From the IMG/VR virus record IMGVR_UViG_3300029503_000002, positions 1 to 40,721 of that record: a DNA stretch of 40,721 nucleotides; one strand, written 5' to 3'. The DNA comes from a virus. Position numbers and translations under genes: made by a program. Positions 9,629 to 18,736 of this stretch are shown piece after piece; positions within the stretch are counted from its first letter, which is position 1, and the number at the start of each line of letters is the position of its first letter. The notes beneath the pieces were generated by a model that saw only the letters and a list, made by a program, of their open reading frames with translations, made no database searches and was not told the origin of the DNA.

Positions 9629-10276
9629 TTAGTTTAAAATGATTCCTTCTTTTGCTGCTTCTCTTTTGATTTGAATTACAGAAACATTTTTTCCAGCCTT
9701 TCTTGCTTCATCCAATCTGGATTGATAACTGGATTCTTTTGCTCCTACTGTGCTAGTGCTTCCTGCGGCTGGTTTTGCCCCCGCTACTTGTACGCTTTCG
9801 GGTTTCTGGTCAAACAGAAACGCTGTGCTTTCGCCCTCGCAAAGATTTTTGATTGCATCTCCCAGACCGTTTACTGTTTTTCCGTCCTCTTCCAGTTTTG
9901 CATCCTTTAAGAAATCCGCCAGAAGTGCTTTAGCTGCAGTAATGTTTTTTGCTCTTGCATCTGTCAAGGCTTTTTCTACTGCATGGTCGAGCTTCATTTT
10001 TGAAATCTGCTCAGAAAAGCTTTTTGCCTGATCTGCATTCTCTTTCTGAAGCGCTGAAATCTGCTGTCTTAAGGTTTCATTGTCTCCGCTGGATTTTTTG
10101 AGATCTTCCAGCTGACGGTCTCTCTGGGTAACCTGTTCTCTCAGGCTTTTGATTTCTGCTTTTGCACCATTAAAGTCATTCTTTGGCACAAAGCTTTTTC
10201 CCACCTCCTCAGAGATTTTCTGATCGATTTCCTCAGTATAAGCATCACCAAGGATTGATTTTAAAAACTCAAGCAT
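9629..10276 (-). CDS. Scaffolding protein (Phage_GP20-like)
   Basis: 215 aa, highly charged coiled coil, immediately upstream of the capsid gene. Confidence 0.7.
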   Translation of the reverse strand: MLEFLKSILGDAYTEEIDQKISEEVGKSFVPKNDFNGAKAEIKSLREQVTQRDRQLEDLKKSSGDNETLRQQISALQKENADQAKSFSEQISKMKLDHAVEKALTDARAKNITAAKALLADFLKDAKLEEDGKTVNGLGDAIKNLCEGESTAFLFDQKPESVQVAGAKPAAGSTSTVGAKESSYQSRLDEARKAGKNVSVIQIKREAAKEGIILN

Positions 10277-10365
10277 TTCTTTTTCCTCCTGCTTTCCTTT
10301 TATTCTGGCCAGTCCCAGTATTGCAAGCCGCTGTTTGTTTTCCGCCGCGGCGCGGTAAAAAGAGT

Positions 10366-10396
10366 ATAAAAAAACCGCCCCATAAAGGACGGTTTG
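10366..10396 (-). terminator. Putative weak intrinsic terminator inside the head module
   Basis: Minus strand aaaccgtcc-tttat-ggggcggttt followed by TTTTATACTCTTTTT. The stem contains one mismatch. Confidence 0.4.
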
Positions 10397-10412
10397 ATTA
10401 TTGAATTTAGGA

Positions 10413-10637
10413 TTATAACAGATTTACTTTCCCTTCTTCAATTGCTTTTTCCAACTGTTTCATTATTTCTTCTTGTCTTTGTATATCTTTGGGATCAGTC
10501 GATTCTTTTGCAACAATTACTCCTTCTGGACTCCAATCATTCATTCTTGCAAGAAATTTATCATGGTCGTTCAGTTGTTCATACATTTTTATTTGTTCAT
10601 CTTTCGACAACGCCAGAAATTCTTTAAAGGTTATCAT
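10413..10637 (-). CDS. Hypothetical protein (74 aa)
   Basis: Start moved to ATG 10637 (MITFKEFLALSKDEQ), which has a GGAGGAAG RBS and an ATGA overlap with the upstream stop. Confidence 0.55.
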   Translation of the reverse strand: MITFKEFLALSKDEQIKMYEQLNDHDKFLARMNDWSPEGVIVAKESTDPKDIQRQEEIMKQLEKAIEEGKVNLL

Positions 10638-12154
10638 AACACTTCCTCCATTTCCAAAACAAATATTCCATCTTGAAGTTTTACATTCAGAACACAAAAA
10701 CAGGAATTTCTCTTAAATAAAATCTCACTTTCTTGTTCATTGTATTCCCGAATATCTCTTCCAGATTTCGATAATATATTCAAGACAACAGTTGGGTTAT
10801 CATGATAACCATTTCGTGTCGAAGCAGATATATATTCTGGATATCTAACTTTTGAACCAATTTTATGTCCTTTTGCAAATTGAATCAGAGATTCTTTGTT
10901 CATCACCAAACTACGAATCGTTTTCCCTTGATATTTTGGCATCTTCTCCAATGCAGAATCCAAATTTCTGACAAGTTCTTGCTGCTCCTGTGTCAGCTCA
11001 ATCCCCTCACGCAAAGGAGCATTGATTTTATAACTGCCGCTGCTGATATACTCGTTGAGCGCCCATTCTTCATCATCGGTTAATGTCTGCTTTGCTTTCG
11101 ATGGTTTTATTATACCACTTTTCGGAGATTTTTCAATATAGGTTTGATACCATTCCTGATACGTCATATCAGCCGGCACATAGATTGTTTTGCCCTCGTG
11201 GTTTCTCGCTGCTCTTTCCCCATAATCATCATCAATATGCGGAACGGTTGTTCCTCTGCATCTTGGATGAAACGGCGGCGCTGTGATACCCGGCTGGTAT
11301 TGGCTCATTGGAAATACTTTTCCATCCAGCGGACCGCATATCTCGCAGGTGTGGCTGTCCAGTGTTTCTAAAAGTTCATATTCCTCTACATCCAACTCTT
11401 TGTATACGTCCCGCTGTGCCCGTTCTGAGAAGTACGAGCTTTCTGTATACACTAAAAGGCTTGCGCGCTGTTCTGATACGTCCAGCCTTTTTGCAAGCCT
11501 CTGTGCTACCTTTTGCGGGTTTTCCCCTCTGATGATTCCTTGAATCATATTTGTTTGCAGCTCATTTAATAAAAGCTGCTTGTTTTTCCATATTCGATCT
11601 GAAAAGTTTTGTCCATCTGCTGCCCATGGCTTTGACAGAAGCGTTTTCAGCTGCCTTTCATCGAATTTTTGGAATGTCCAGCCGATGCCGGTTCCTTTTT
11701 GGATTTCAAACGCAGACCTGTAATAGCGATCAGTATAGATGCTCTGTAAAAACTTGTCTAGTTCGTCTGTTTGATTTCCAAAAAGGATTTCGGCCTGCTG
11801 CTGAAGTTGTATTTGAAGTGCTTCCAGGCGGCTTATATGTACCCGCGCAGAAGCATTCTCCAGCTGTTTTACCCACTGACCGGAAATTTCGTTTTCTTTT
11901 CCTGCTTTGATATAGTCCTCAACGGTCCATCTTAATTCTTCCAGTTCTCTGGAATTCAGCAGTTTTTTTGCTTCGGTCAAGGTGATCTGATTGTTTTCTG
12001 CAAAGCGTTGATACCATACAAGGATATCAGCCTGTATTTTTCGGGAAGCCTTGCGAAACTCTCTTTCAACTGTTTCCATGTATTCAAAGGTTTGATTTTC
12101 GGTTTCTTTCTTCAAATCCAAAAATCTACTTGCCCAGTATTCAGCGTTCTTCAA
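10634..12154 (-). CDS. Head morphogenesis protein (SPP1 gp7 / Mu F family) fused to a C-terminal ADP-ribosyltransferase (R-S-ExE) domain
   Basis: Mu-F signature CEICGPLDGKVF...PPFHPRCRGT at about aa 270-301. C-terminal YISSGSYKINAPLR, TIR(414)SL, ISAST(443-446) and EQESE(473-477)ILF match the ADPrib_exo_Tox pattern. Confidence 0.75.
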   Translation of the reverse strand: MKNAEYWASRFLDLKKETENQTFEYMETVEREFRKASRKIQADILVWYQRFAENNQITLTEAKKLLNSRELEELRWTVEDYIKAGKENEISGQWVKQLENASARVHISRLEALQIQLQQQAEILFGNQTDELDKFLQSIYTDRYYRSAFEIQKGTGIGWTFQKFDERQLKTLLSKPWAADGQNFSDRIWKNKQLLLNELQTNMIQGIIRGENPQKVAQRLAKRLDVSEQRASLLVYTESSYFSERAQRDVYKELDVEEYELLETLDSHTCEICGPLDGKVFPMSQYQPGITAPPFHPRCRGTTVPHIDDDYGERAARNHEGKTIYVPADMTYQEWYQTYIEKSPKSGIIKPSKAKQTLTDDEEWALNEYISSGSYKINAPLREGIELTQEQQELVRNLDSALEKMPKYQGKTIRSLVMNKESLIQFAKGHKIGSKVRYPEYISASTRNGYHDNPTVVLNILSKSGRDIREYNEQESEILFKRNSCFCVLNVKLQDGIFVLEMEEVL

Positions 12155-12169
12155 GATCTTCCCCCTTTC

Positions 12170-13714
12170 TTATTTTTGCAGGTTTGCTTGTTCTTCTGGA
12201 TTTCCTGAGTTATTTTGAGAAAAAGCATTGTTATATCCAAGCGCCTTTTCCATGTTGTCCTGTTCTTCTTTTTCGATTCTGGCCATTTCTGCTTTGGCAT
12301 CGGTAACATAAGGATGCTGCTCAACAAGGGTTTCGCGGGACAGGATGTCTCTTGAATTGGAAACATTAGTGATAATTTCGCCTTCATTTACCATAATATC
12401 CCTGTTAAACACAAAGGTGACTTCCTCATCTGAGAAATCACCTTCACCCTTCATGGACAGATACTGATTGACAAACCAGACTAATTCTTGCATTGCTGCC
12501 TGGTACTCGGTTTCCATTCCGTTTGCGTCCAGGTCCATATCTGCATATATTGACTGAATGTTCATCTGGTTTGGATTGTTTCCCATGCGGTCATCTTTGG
12601 CATCAAATCCGCGGGTGTTTTCAATCAGCTTTGTTTTGAATGTTTTGAGAATAGCCTCAAAGTTTTCTGCGTTGATTTCTATTTCCAGAAGAGAAACATT
12701 ACCGTCTTTTCGGATTTTAATTGCACCGTATGTGGACAGGTTTCTTCGGAATTCTCCCAAATCTTGCCCATCATATTCTGTCAATACTATGATGGATTTT
12801 CTTGGATCTTCCTCCATCCGGTTTGCCCATTCTGACAAAATGATATTGATACTGTCCTGCAGTGACTTTGCCCTTCGGATAAGCGGGATCTCCTTTGAAT
12901 TGAATTTGAACGGCACAAGCGGAATTTTCAGCCAATTATATTCTGAATTTTCGCCCTGCCCGTTCATTACTCTGATATAAGATTCATGCGTCCCAGCTTC
13001 GATATCTTCTATCAGTCCGCCATCATCGTAAATATACCGCCAAACACCATCAGCTTTGTATATTTCAACTTTGCTGATGATTTTTTTAGTAAAGCCTTCC
13101 CAGGTTTCTACTGGATATACTCTAACGGCACAATCCAGTATGGTGTGTTCTTCATCTGACCAGAATGGAAGGATCTGATATCCTGGTATTCCTTTGAATT
13201 CTGGCTCGCCTTGATCGTTATAATAAAAATAAATCCATCCGATTCCGCCGTTTACGCTGTCCTGGCTTACATTATGCAGTGTTCTTAAAAACTTTGCTCC
13301 AAATATTTTGGTCAGTTTTTTTGAATATACTTCATTTTTGCTCTTGATCGTAAACGGTTTACCTACCAGATAGTTTACTTTTTGGTCAACTGATTTCGCA
13401 TATTGGTTATCTACAATCCGATTGTTTGGAAGGTTATCCACCTCTTCCAGCTTTCCATCTCTTCCAATTGCCATTCGCTTTCTATGCAGAATATCTTGCT
13501 GACCGATATAATATTTCTCGCCTGTTATCTGTTCTTCTCTTTCCCTGGATCTATACCATAATTTGATCTGCTGCTCAAAAAACTGATTTTCAGTCATTCC
13601 GGTATATCCACCCAAAGAAATAATCTGATTTATTTTTCTTGTTTCCTCAAACGGCTCAATCACTGTATCACCTCTAATCAAAACTGAATGTTGGTCCTGT
13701 GAGAATATCCTCAA
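12170..13714 (-). CDS. Portal protein (SPP1 Gp6-like)
   Basis: 514 aa between TerL and the gp7-like gene. NNRIVDNQYAKSVDQKVNYLVGKPF matches the portal motif. A GTG at 13663 preceded by GAGGTGA is an alternative start that removes the 41-nt overlap with TerL. Confidence 0.8.
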   Translation of the reverse strand: MRIFSQDQHSVLIRGDTVIEPFEETRKINQIISLGGYTGMTENQFFEQQIKLWYRSREREEQITGEKYYIGQQDILHRKRMAIGRDGKLEEVDNLPNNRIVDNQYAKSVDQKVNYLVGKPFTIKSKNEVYSKKLTKIFGAKFLRTLHNVSQDSVNGGIGWIYFYYNDQGEPEFKGIPGYQILPFWSDEEHTILDCAVRVYPVETWEGFTKKIISKVEIYKADGVWRYIYDDGGLIEDIEAGTHESYIRVMNGQGENSEYNWLKIPLVPFKFNSKEIPLIRRAKSLQDSINIILSEWANRMEEDPRKSIIVLTEYDGQDLGEFRRNLSTYGAIKIRKDGNVSLLEIEINAENFEAILKTFKTKLIENTRGFDAKDDRMGNNPNQMNIQSIYADMDLDANGMETEYQAAMQELVWFVNQYLSMKGEGDFSDEEVTFVFNRDIMVNEGEIITNVSNSRDILSRETLVEQHPYVTDAKAEMARIEKEEQDNMEKALGYNNAFSQNNSGNPEEQANLQK

Positions 13715-14945
13715 GTGCGTATCTCATAGCGTCCATCAAGTGGTTAAATTCATCCACCGGTTTGTTTAACTTCTTTCCCGATTTGTCCTCATCCCAACGA
13801 TAAAGACCAATTTCGGTGATAAAGTTCACGCATCTTGGATGGATGATGATGTGATAATCTTGGATGTACTGGATGCCGTTGTTGATGCTGTCTCTACCTT
13901 TGCGGCACTCTCTGATATTGTAAATTCCTTCATCGTGGATTTCGTCAATGCTCTTTGGTTCTGCGCAGTCGGCTCTGATTCGCTCTTTTGCATAGCCCAT
14001 GGCCTTTATTTTTTCTGCAATCCTGCGGTTGCTCAGTCCTTTTTCATACATCTCATCAAAAACCCAGATTGTTCTGGTCGATGTATCAACTAATCCGCAA
14101 AAAAGCGCTGACGGGTCTGCAGTATATCCAAAGTCCAGGCCAAAAGCCGACTTGATTCCTGGGATTGTTCTGATTTCATCCAGGCTGAATGCTTTTTCTT
14201 CCCAGTTTTCATATACCAGCCCATCCACAATGCCCCAATCACCCTCACCCGCTACTTTAAAACGCCGCGGATTGTTCTTTCGCATTTCTTCAAATACTCG
14301 AAGATCCGCTTCATCCAGCCACTCATTGCAGCGGAAGTTTGTAGTCATTGCCAGAATATCCGGTGAATCCTTGTCAAAAAACCGGCTTTTGAGCCAGTGT
14401 TTTTCATTCCAGGGGTTGAATGTGATTGTCCACTGTTTGAACAGCCCTGTTTCCTTTGGGATTGCACCTCGGATGGATTCATCCAGCATATTGAAATCGT
14501 CTTCATTCAGGACTTCATACGCCTCTTCCAACCATGCCCAACAAAGATAACCTGTTTCAACAGTGATAGAGGTAATTTTCAGAGGATCATCCAGACCTCT
14601 GAAATATATCTTTTGTCCTGTCGGCCCGTATGTCATTTCCAGCGGGCTTTCTTTGATTTCCCAGTAACCTGATACCCCCAGGCGATTGATTGCCCATTTA
14701 AGCTCTGTGAAGCAGCTGTCTTTAAGTGTTCTGTATACTTTTCGGATCACAAGCGTGTTCGCCTGCGGATACTGCATCATTCTGGAAATAATATTGAGCG
14801 CCGTTGTTTTTGACTTTTTGCTTGCACGGCTGCCTTTGCATACCCTGTAACGGCCTTTGAAGTTCCAAAAAGTTTTATATCCCCTTCCCACAACATCAGG
14901 AAGGTATATTTTTTTTACATTTGAATCAATCCTCAAGATCTTCAC
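13674..14945 (-). CDS. terL: Terminase large subunit (PBSX family)
   Basis: 423 aa. Walker A-like CKGSRASKKSKT near the N-terminus and a C-terminal nuclease half. Located upstream of the portal. Confidence 0.85.
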   Translation of the reverse strand: MKILRIDSNVKKIYLPDVVGRGYKTFWNFKGRYRVCKGSRASKKSKTTALNIISRMMQYPQANTLVIRKVYRTLKDSCFTELKWAINRLGVSGYWEIKESPLEMTYGPTGQKIYFRGLDDPLKITSITVETGYLCWAWLEEAYEVLNEDDFNMLDESIRGAIPKETGLFKQWTITFNPWNEKHWLKSRFFDKDSPDILAMTTNFRCNEWLDEADLRVFEEMRKNNPRRFKVAGEGDWGIVDGLVYENWEEKAFSLDEIRTIPGIKSAFGLDFGYTADPSALFCGLVDTSTRTIWVFDEMYEKGLSNRRIAEKIKAMGYAKERIRADCAEPKSIDEIHDEGIYNIRECRKGRDSINNGIQYIQDYHIIIHPRCVNFITEIGLYRWDEDKSGKKLNKPVDEFNHLMDAMRYALEDILTGPTFSFD

Positions 14946-15261
14946 CGCCGCTTATTACGATCGGAGTCGGCATTTCAACGGCAACACTGTCTTTCTGCCC
15001 CAAATATTGCTTTCCAAGCCAGATCGCCATGTTAGCATTCTTTTCAGCAAGTCTGAATTGCGCTCTTCTTAGCGATATTTTCCCTGCCCCTCGCTTTTTC
15101 CGAAATACTTCGGAGAAACTCGCTTTATATGTCCGTTTGCACCACCCATCAAGTGTTTTATCTGTCACATCAAAAAAACCGCAGATTTCTTCGAGCGTGC
15201 ATTGCAGACCACACAGTTTTTCAAATGTTGCTTGATCTATTTGTTTGTGCGGTCTTGCCAT
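14926..15261 (-). CDS. terS: Terminase small subunit (HTH)
   Basis: 111 aa directly upstream of and overlapping terL. HTH-like CTLEEICGFFDVTDKTLDGWCKR. Confidence 0.6.
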   Translation of the reverse strand: MARPHKQIDQATFEKLCGLQCTLEEICGFFDVTDKTLDGWCKRTYKASFSEVFRKKRGAGKISLRRAQFRLAEKNANMAIWLGKQYLGQKDSVAVEMPTPIVISGGEDLED

Positions 15262-15264
15262 TTT

Positions 15265-16522
15265 TTATACCTCCTCCTCTAATAATATTGCTTTTTCTCC
15301 GGTGAATTGTTCCCAGCGGTCTATGATGACATCGACATATTTGGGGTCGAATTCCATAACATATGCTTTCCTTCCATTTTGCTCTGCTGCCATTATTGTG
15401 GTTCCAGAACCGCCAAACAGATCTAACACAGAATCACCTTGCTGTGTATTGCATTGCATTTCGTAATTAAACAGCAAGATAGGCTTCATTGTAGGGTGTT
15501 CCTTGCTTGCGGTCGGCTTATCAAACTGAAGAATGGTTGTCTGCTTTCTGTTTTTAAACCATCGATGTGAAGCTCCATCCTTCCATCCGTAAAGTGCAGG
15601 TTCATGCTGGTCAAATTCATCTTCATCCATTGGGTTTTCTCCGTACAAGCAAGGCTCATGTTGCCACTGAAAATCCTGTCGGCCAAGCGCCAAAGAATTT
15701 TTTACCCAAATCAAACACTGTCTTACTACTAAACCAACATCCCTACACGCTCCTCTAAAGTTATATCCTTCACTATCTGCGTGCCAGATATGGAAAGCTG
15801 CACCTGGTTTCATGTTTTTTTGCGCACAAAAAAAATGCCATTCTTAAAAATTCCCGAAATTCACTGTCTTTCATATTGTCGTTTTTAATTTTTCCGGCAG
15901 TTCCCTCGTAGTTCACATTATATGGTGGATCAGTCAAAAGCATATCTGCAAGGTTTCCATCCATCAGTTTCGCCACATTGTCCAGGTTGGTGCTATCTCC
16001 GCACATTAAGCGATGTCGACCAAGCTGGTATACCTGCCCGAGTTTAGACTTTGGCTCTTCTGGTAATTCTGGCGTATAATTATCCTCAATGACTTCTGGT
16101 TCTTTTTTTGCGATTCCCCAATTAAGGTCAAGATCTCCAAAGTCCAATCCCTCCAATTCTTCTGCCAGTATATTAAGATCCCATTCAGCCAACTCGTTTG
16201 TCTTATTGTCTAGCAGCCTATATTTTCTCTTCTGCTCTTCTGTTAACCCGTCTTTAACAACGCATTCACACTCGGTTCTTCCAAGTTTTTTCATGGCTTT
16301 CCAACGAGTATGTCCGGCAAGAATTGTGTAATTCTCATCCAGCACAATCGGTGCTACATAAGAACATTGCTGTATTGATTTCACTACTGCGTCAACTGCT
16401 TGATCGTTTTTTCGTGCGTTTCTTTCGTATGGTTTAATTTCAGTAATTTTTAATTTTATAAGTTCCAATACTATCAACCCTTTCTGTTTTTGGGCAGCAA
16501 AAAAGCCGATGCGCTTTTGCAC
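15265..16522 (-). pseudogene. ParB-like nuclease domain / DNA methyltransferase (DPPY, beta-class N6A or N4C) split by a +1 frameshift in a homopolymer
   Basis: ORF 15773-16522 carries the ParB-N motif (KPYERNARKN...LAGHTRW) and LLTDPPYNVNY. ORF 15265-15813 carries DLFGGSGTT. Removing one base from T8 or A7 (coding strand; 15825-15845) gives the continuous ...AFFCAQKNMKPGAAFHIWHAD... The true start is probably TTG at about 16468-16477, because 16497-16530 forms a terminator. Confidence 0.8.
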
Positions 16523-16530
16523 CGGCTTTC
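16497..16530 (-). terminator. Intrinsic terminator between the late-regulator gene and the late operon
   Basis: Minus strand aaagccggtgc-aaaagc-gcatcggcttt followed by TTTTTGC. About 9 bp of stem with one mismatch. Confidence 0.5.
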
Positions 16531-16600
16531 TGCCTCGAGAGAAGAAATAAAGGTTTAAAGTGAAGTGTTCGAAGTATTCTTTGTTGTAATTCCATTATAA

Positions 16601-17026
16601 TCATATCAGCTTATGATAGTGGCTTTCAATGGTCAATTCCTCTAACGCCCTGCCGTGCAGCCTCAATACCCACCGATAATCCAGCCTCATATCCTCCGCT
16701 ACCTGCTCCCATGTTTCATCTGCAAGATAGTACAACCGCATCAGCTCATACAGCCGTCCATCCTCAAGCTGATCCAGGCAGGCGGCAATCTCCTTCCTGG
16801 TGTCCACATATTGGTCAATATGCCTGTCGATGTCGCTATCAATGTCCGCAAGCCGCGCAAGGGATGCTTCACGTTCGCTACTTCCTCCTCGCGGCATACC
16901 GGAAAGATTCGGGCTGACCTTGCAAACCAAATCCTGTAAACGCTCCTTTTCCTTTAACAGAGCATTGATTTTGCGGTTGAGATGTCGGCACCGGAGTAGG
17001 TAACGCTTTTTCTCCTGATTATTCAT
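16601..17026 (-). CDS. Sigma-70 region-4-like phage late transcription regulator (ArpU/RinA/DUF1492-like)
   Basis: 141 aa. C-terminal HTH RLYELMRLYYLADETWEQVAEDMRLDYRWVLRLHGRALEEL. It is the last gene before the packaging genes. Confidence 0.55.
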   Translation of the reverse strand: MNNQEKKRYLLRCRHLNRKINALLKEKERLQDLVCKVSPNLSGMPRGGSSEREASLARLADIDSDIDRHIDQYVDTRKEIAACLDQLEDGRLYELMRLYYLADETWEQVAEDMRLDYRWVLRLHGRALEELTIESHYHKLI

Positions 17027-17186
17027 TCAGCAACCCCGATTCCTTTCTGCTGTCCATCGCTGCCCGAAAGAGTGCATCGTTTTCCGCCTGCAATTCCTCC
17101 AGCCTGTCTGCTGCCTCATCCAGTAACGCTCTCTTGCTCCGGCTGGGTGTTGCGCGCAGGGCTTTGATAATTTCTTGGGTTTTCAT
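17019..17186 (-). CDS. Small hypothetical coiled-coil protein (55 aa)
   Basis: Manual ORF MKTQEIIKALRATPSRSKRALLDEAADRLEELQAENDALFRAAMDSRKESGLLNE with a GGTGGA RBS. Overlaps the next start by 8 nt. Confidence 0.5.
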   Translation of the reverse strand: MKTQEIIKALRATPSRSKRALLDEAADRLEELQAENDALFRAAMDSRKESGLLNE

Positions 17187-17189
17187 TGG

Positions 17190-17420
17190 CTATTCCACCT
17201 TAATCCACATTTGTTTAATTTCCACATAACTTAAAATTGAACCACGCTTTTTCTGTTTCTCCATATCAGCGATTGCTTCTTCAACAGAGCTAAACTTACA
17301 AGGGCAAATATGTCCTTTTGTAAGATTCACCAAACTACACTCATTTGTATCTTTGCGTCTATATAAACCGACATATACAGTATCTTTGGGGCGAATGACT
17401 TTGAATAACACGAATAGCAC
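17190..17420 (-). CDS. Hypothetical protein
   Basis: 76-aa ORF packed tightly in the operon. Confidence 0.5.
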   Translation of the reverse strand: MLFVLFKVIRPKDTVYVGLYRRKDTNECSLVNLTKGHICPCKFSSVEEAIADMEKQKKRGSILSYVEIKQMWIKVE

Positions 17421-17422
17421 TA

Positions 17423-17665
17423 TTATTCCTCCTTAGTTTTAACTTCCAACATCTCAATCTTTTTTTCAACATCTGCGACAAAATCCTCTAAAAGTTTTTT
17501 CAATCTAGGGTAAAAGTAGCTAAAACGATTAACGTATAGCTCTACGTTACTATGGAGATTGGAGAGATTGATACCCTCCCCTTTATCCATCAATCTCAAA
17601 ATGCCATTAACACCATCCATATCAGCTGCAAGTGCCATAAGTTCTTCAAATTTGCTCATTTCCAC
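17423..17665 (-). CDS. Hypothetical protein
   Basis: 80-aa ORF packed tightly in the operon. Confidence 0.5.
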   Translation of the reverse strand: MEMSKFEELMALAADMDGVNGILRLMDKGEGINLSNLHSNVELYVNRFSYFYPRLKKLLEDFVADVEKKIEMLEVKTKEE

Positions 17666-17667
17666 GG

Positions 17668-18039
17668 CTATTCCTCCCTCGGTTCAAAGTTGCTGCAAAA
17701 AGCGTATTCCGAATTAAAACTTTTGAATCGTTTACATTCCCCATCGAACATATATTCGGGATGCGTAAAGTTCTTGTGCTTTTTGAAGTTCTTGCACTCC
17801 CCACACCTTCCAATCGGTGGGGCAGGGCGGGTGTTCCATGATTTTAGTGCATCTCGTGTTGTAAGGGTATCTTCTGATTTTGCCTTGCAATGTGGGCACC
17901 AAACTCTAAACATCCCCCAGTTGCTGATTATATTATTTTCATTTCCACAAAGCGGACATGGCAGTACAATTCCTTCTTCTGTACATTCCCTTTGAGCTTC
18001 TCTATCCCCAAGTAATGCTTTTCTAACTAAACTATCCAT
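17668..18039 (-). CDS. Lar-family (restriction alleviation-like) zinc-ribbon protein with an extra C-terminal Cys motif
   Basis: CPLCGN...VWCPHCKAK...ALKSWNTR matches the Lar_restr_allev pattern. An additional CGECKNF...GECKRF follows. Confidence 0.55.
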   Translation of the reverse strand: MDSLVRKALLGDREAQRECTEEGIVLPCPLCGNENNIISNWGMFRVWCPHCKAKSEDTLTTRDALKSWNTRPAPPIGRCGECKNFKKHKNFTHPEYMFDGECKRFKSFNSEYAFCSNFEPREE

Positions 18040-18362
18040 TTATCTTCCTCCTTATGATTGTTTGAATTTCTCCCTTTGTATTTCTTTCCGAAACACGCTT
18101 TTCTGTACTGCTTATTTGTTTTGGTATCGCACATTAACCGTCCCTCTGGGCTTGTACATTCATCGGTTTCTTCGTCCAGCCATTTGCACCCCCAGCAACC
18201 CCCATTACTATCAGCTGCTTCTTTCAGCCCTGCAATAGCAAGGCTTAATTGCTTTTCTAGCTTTTCGATATACTCCGCAGCATACAGAAGATAAGGCTCT
18301 CCACCAATTCTCAGAATGTCTTTGATTTTTTCGTTCATTTCAGGGTAAAGTTCCATAATCAT
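18027..18362 (-). CDS. Hypothetical Cys-containing protein
   Basis: 111-aa ORF with both ends overlapping the neighbouring genes. Confidence 0.5.
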   Translation of the reverse strand: MIMELYPEMNEKIKDILRIGGEPYLLYAAEYIEKLEKQLSLAIAGLKEAADSNGGCWGCKWLDEETDECTSPEGRLMCDTKTNKQYRKACFGKKYKGRNSNNHKEEDKWIV

Positions 18363-18736
18363 TTCTCCCTCTCTCTCATCCTTTCCAGTGCAATTTCGGC
18401 ATCTTTTTCAGTTTCGTACCACTCTTTTTCTTGGAGTGTAAAAAATTCAGAGCCAGAACTTACGCCAACAAGAACTTCATCTTCGATATACATTTCTTCC
18501 ACGGTTGCGGACTTGATTAGCATTTCGCACGCTCCCCCTATATAATACAAAGTATCTCCCACTTTGAACGGCAGCACCATGCACCTACCTTCCCTATCCG
18601 CTTCTACCAGTTCTTTCAGGCGTTCGAGGTCGTAGTCGTCGCCGAGGATGTTTTCGATTTCTTGAAGCCTATAAACGGCATTGTATACTTTTCCTAATAC
18701 ATCCCATAGTGTTTTAGGATTTGTTATTCGTTTCAC
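18359..18736 (-). CDS. Hypothetical protein
   Basis: 125-aa ORF with 4-nt overlaps to both neighbours. Confidence 0.5.
   Translation of the reverse strand: MKRITNPKTLWDVLGKVYNAVYRLQEIENILGDDYDLERLKELVEADREGRCMVLPFKVGDTLYYIGGACEMLIKSATVEEMYIEDEVLVGVSSGSEFFTLQEKEWYETEKDAEIALERMREREK

Noticed and set aside
10341-10356. The GC palindrome ccgccgcggcgcgg as a regulatory hairpin
   Set aside because: It is too short, has no loop, and is probably incidental. The adjacent 10366-10396 hairpin with a U tract is the better terminator candidate.
12151-12387. ORF 12151-12387 overlapping the portal 3' end
   Set aside because: It is out of frame within the portal gene and has no independent signals.
16594-16599. 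The TATAAT at the regulator stop codon as a confident late promoter
   Set aside because: There is no acceptable -35 or correctly spaced TG extension. It is kept only as part of a speculative finding.
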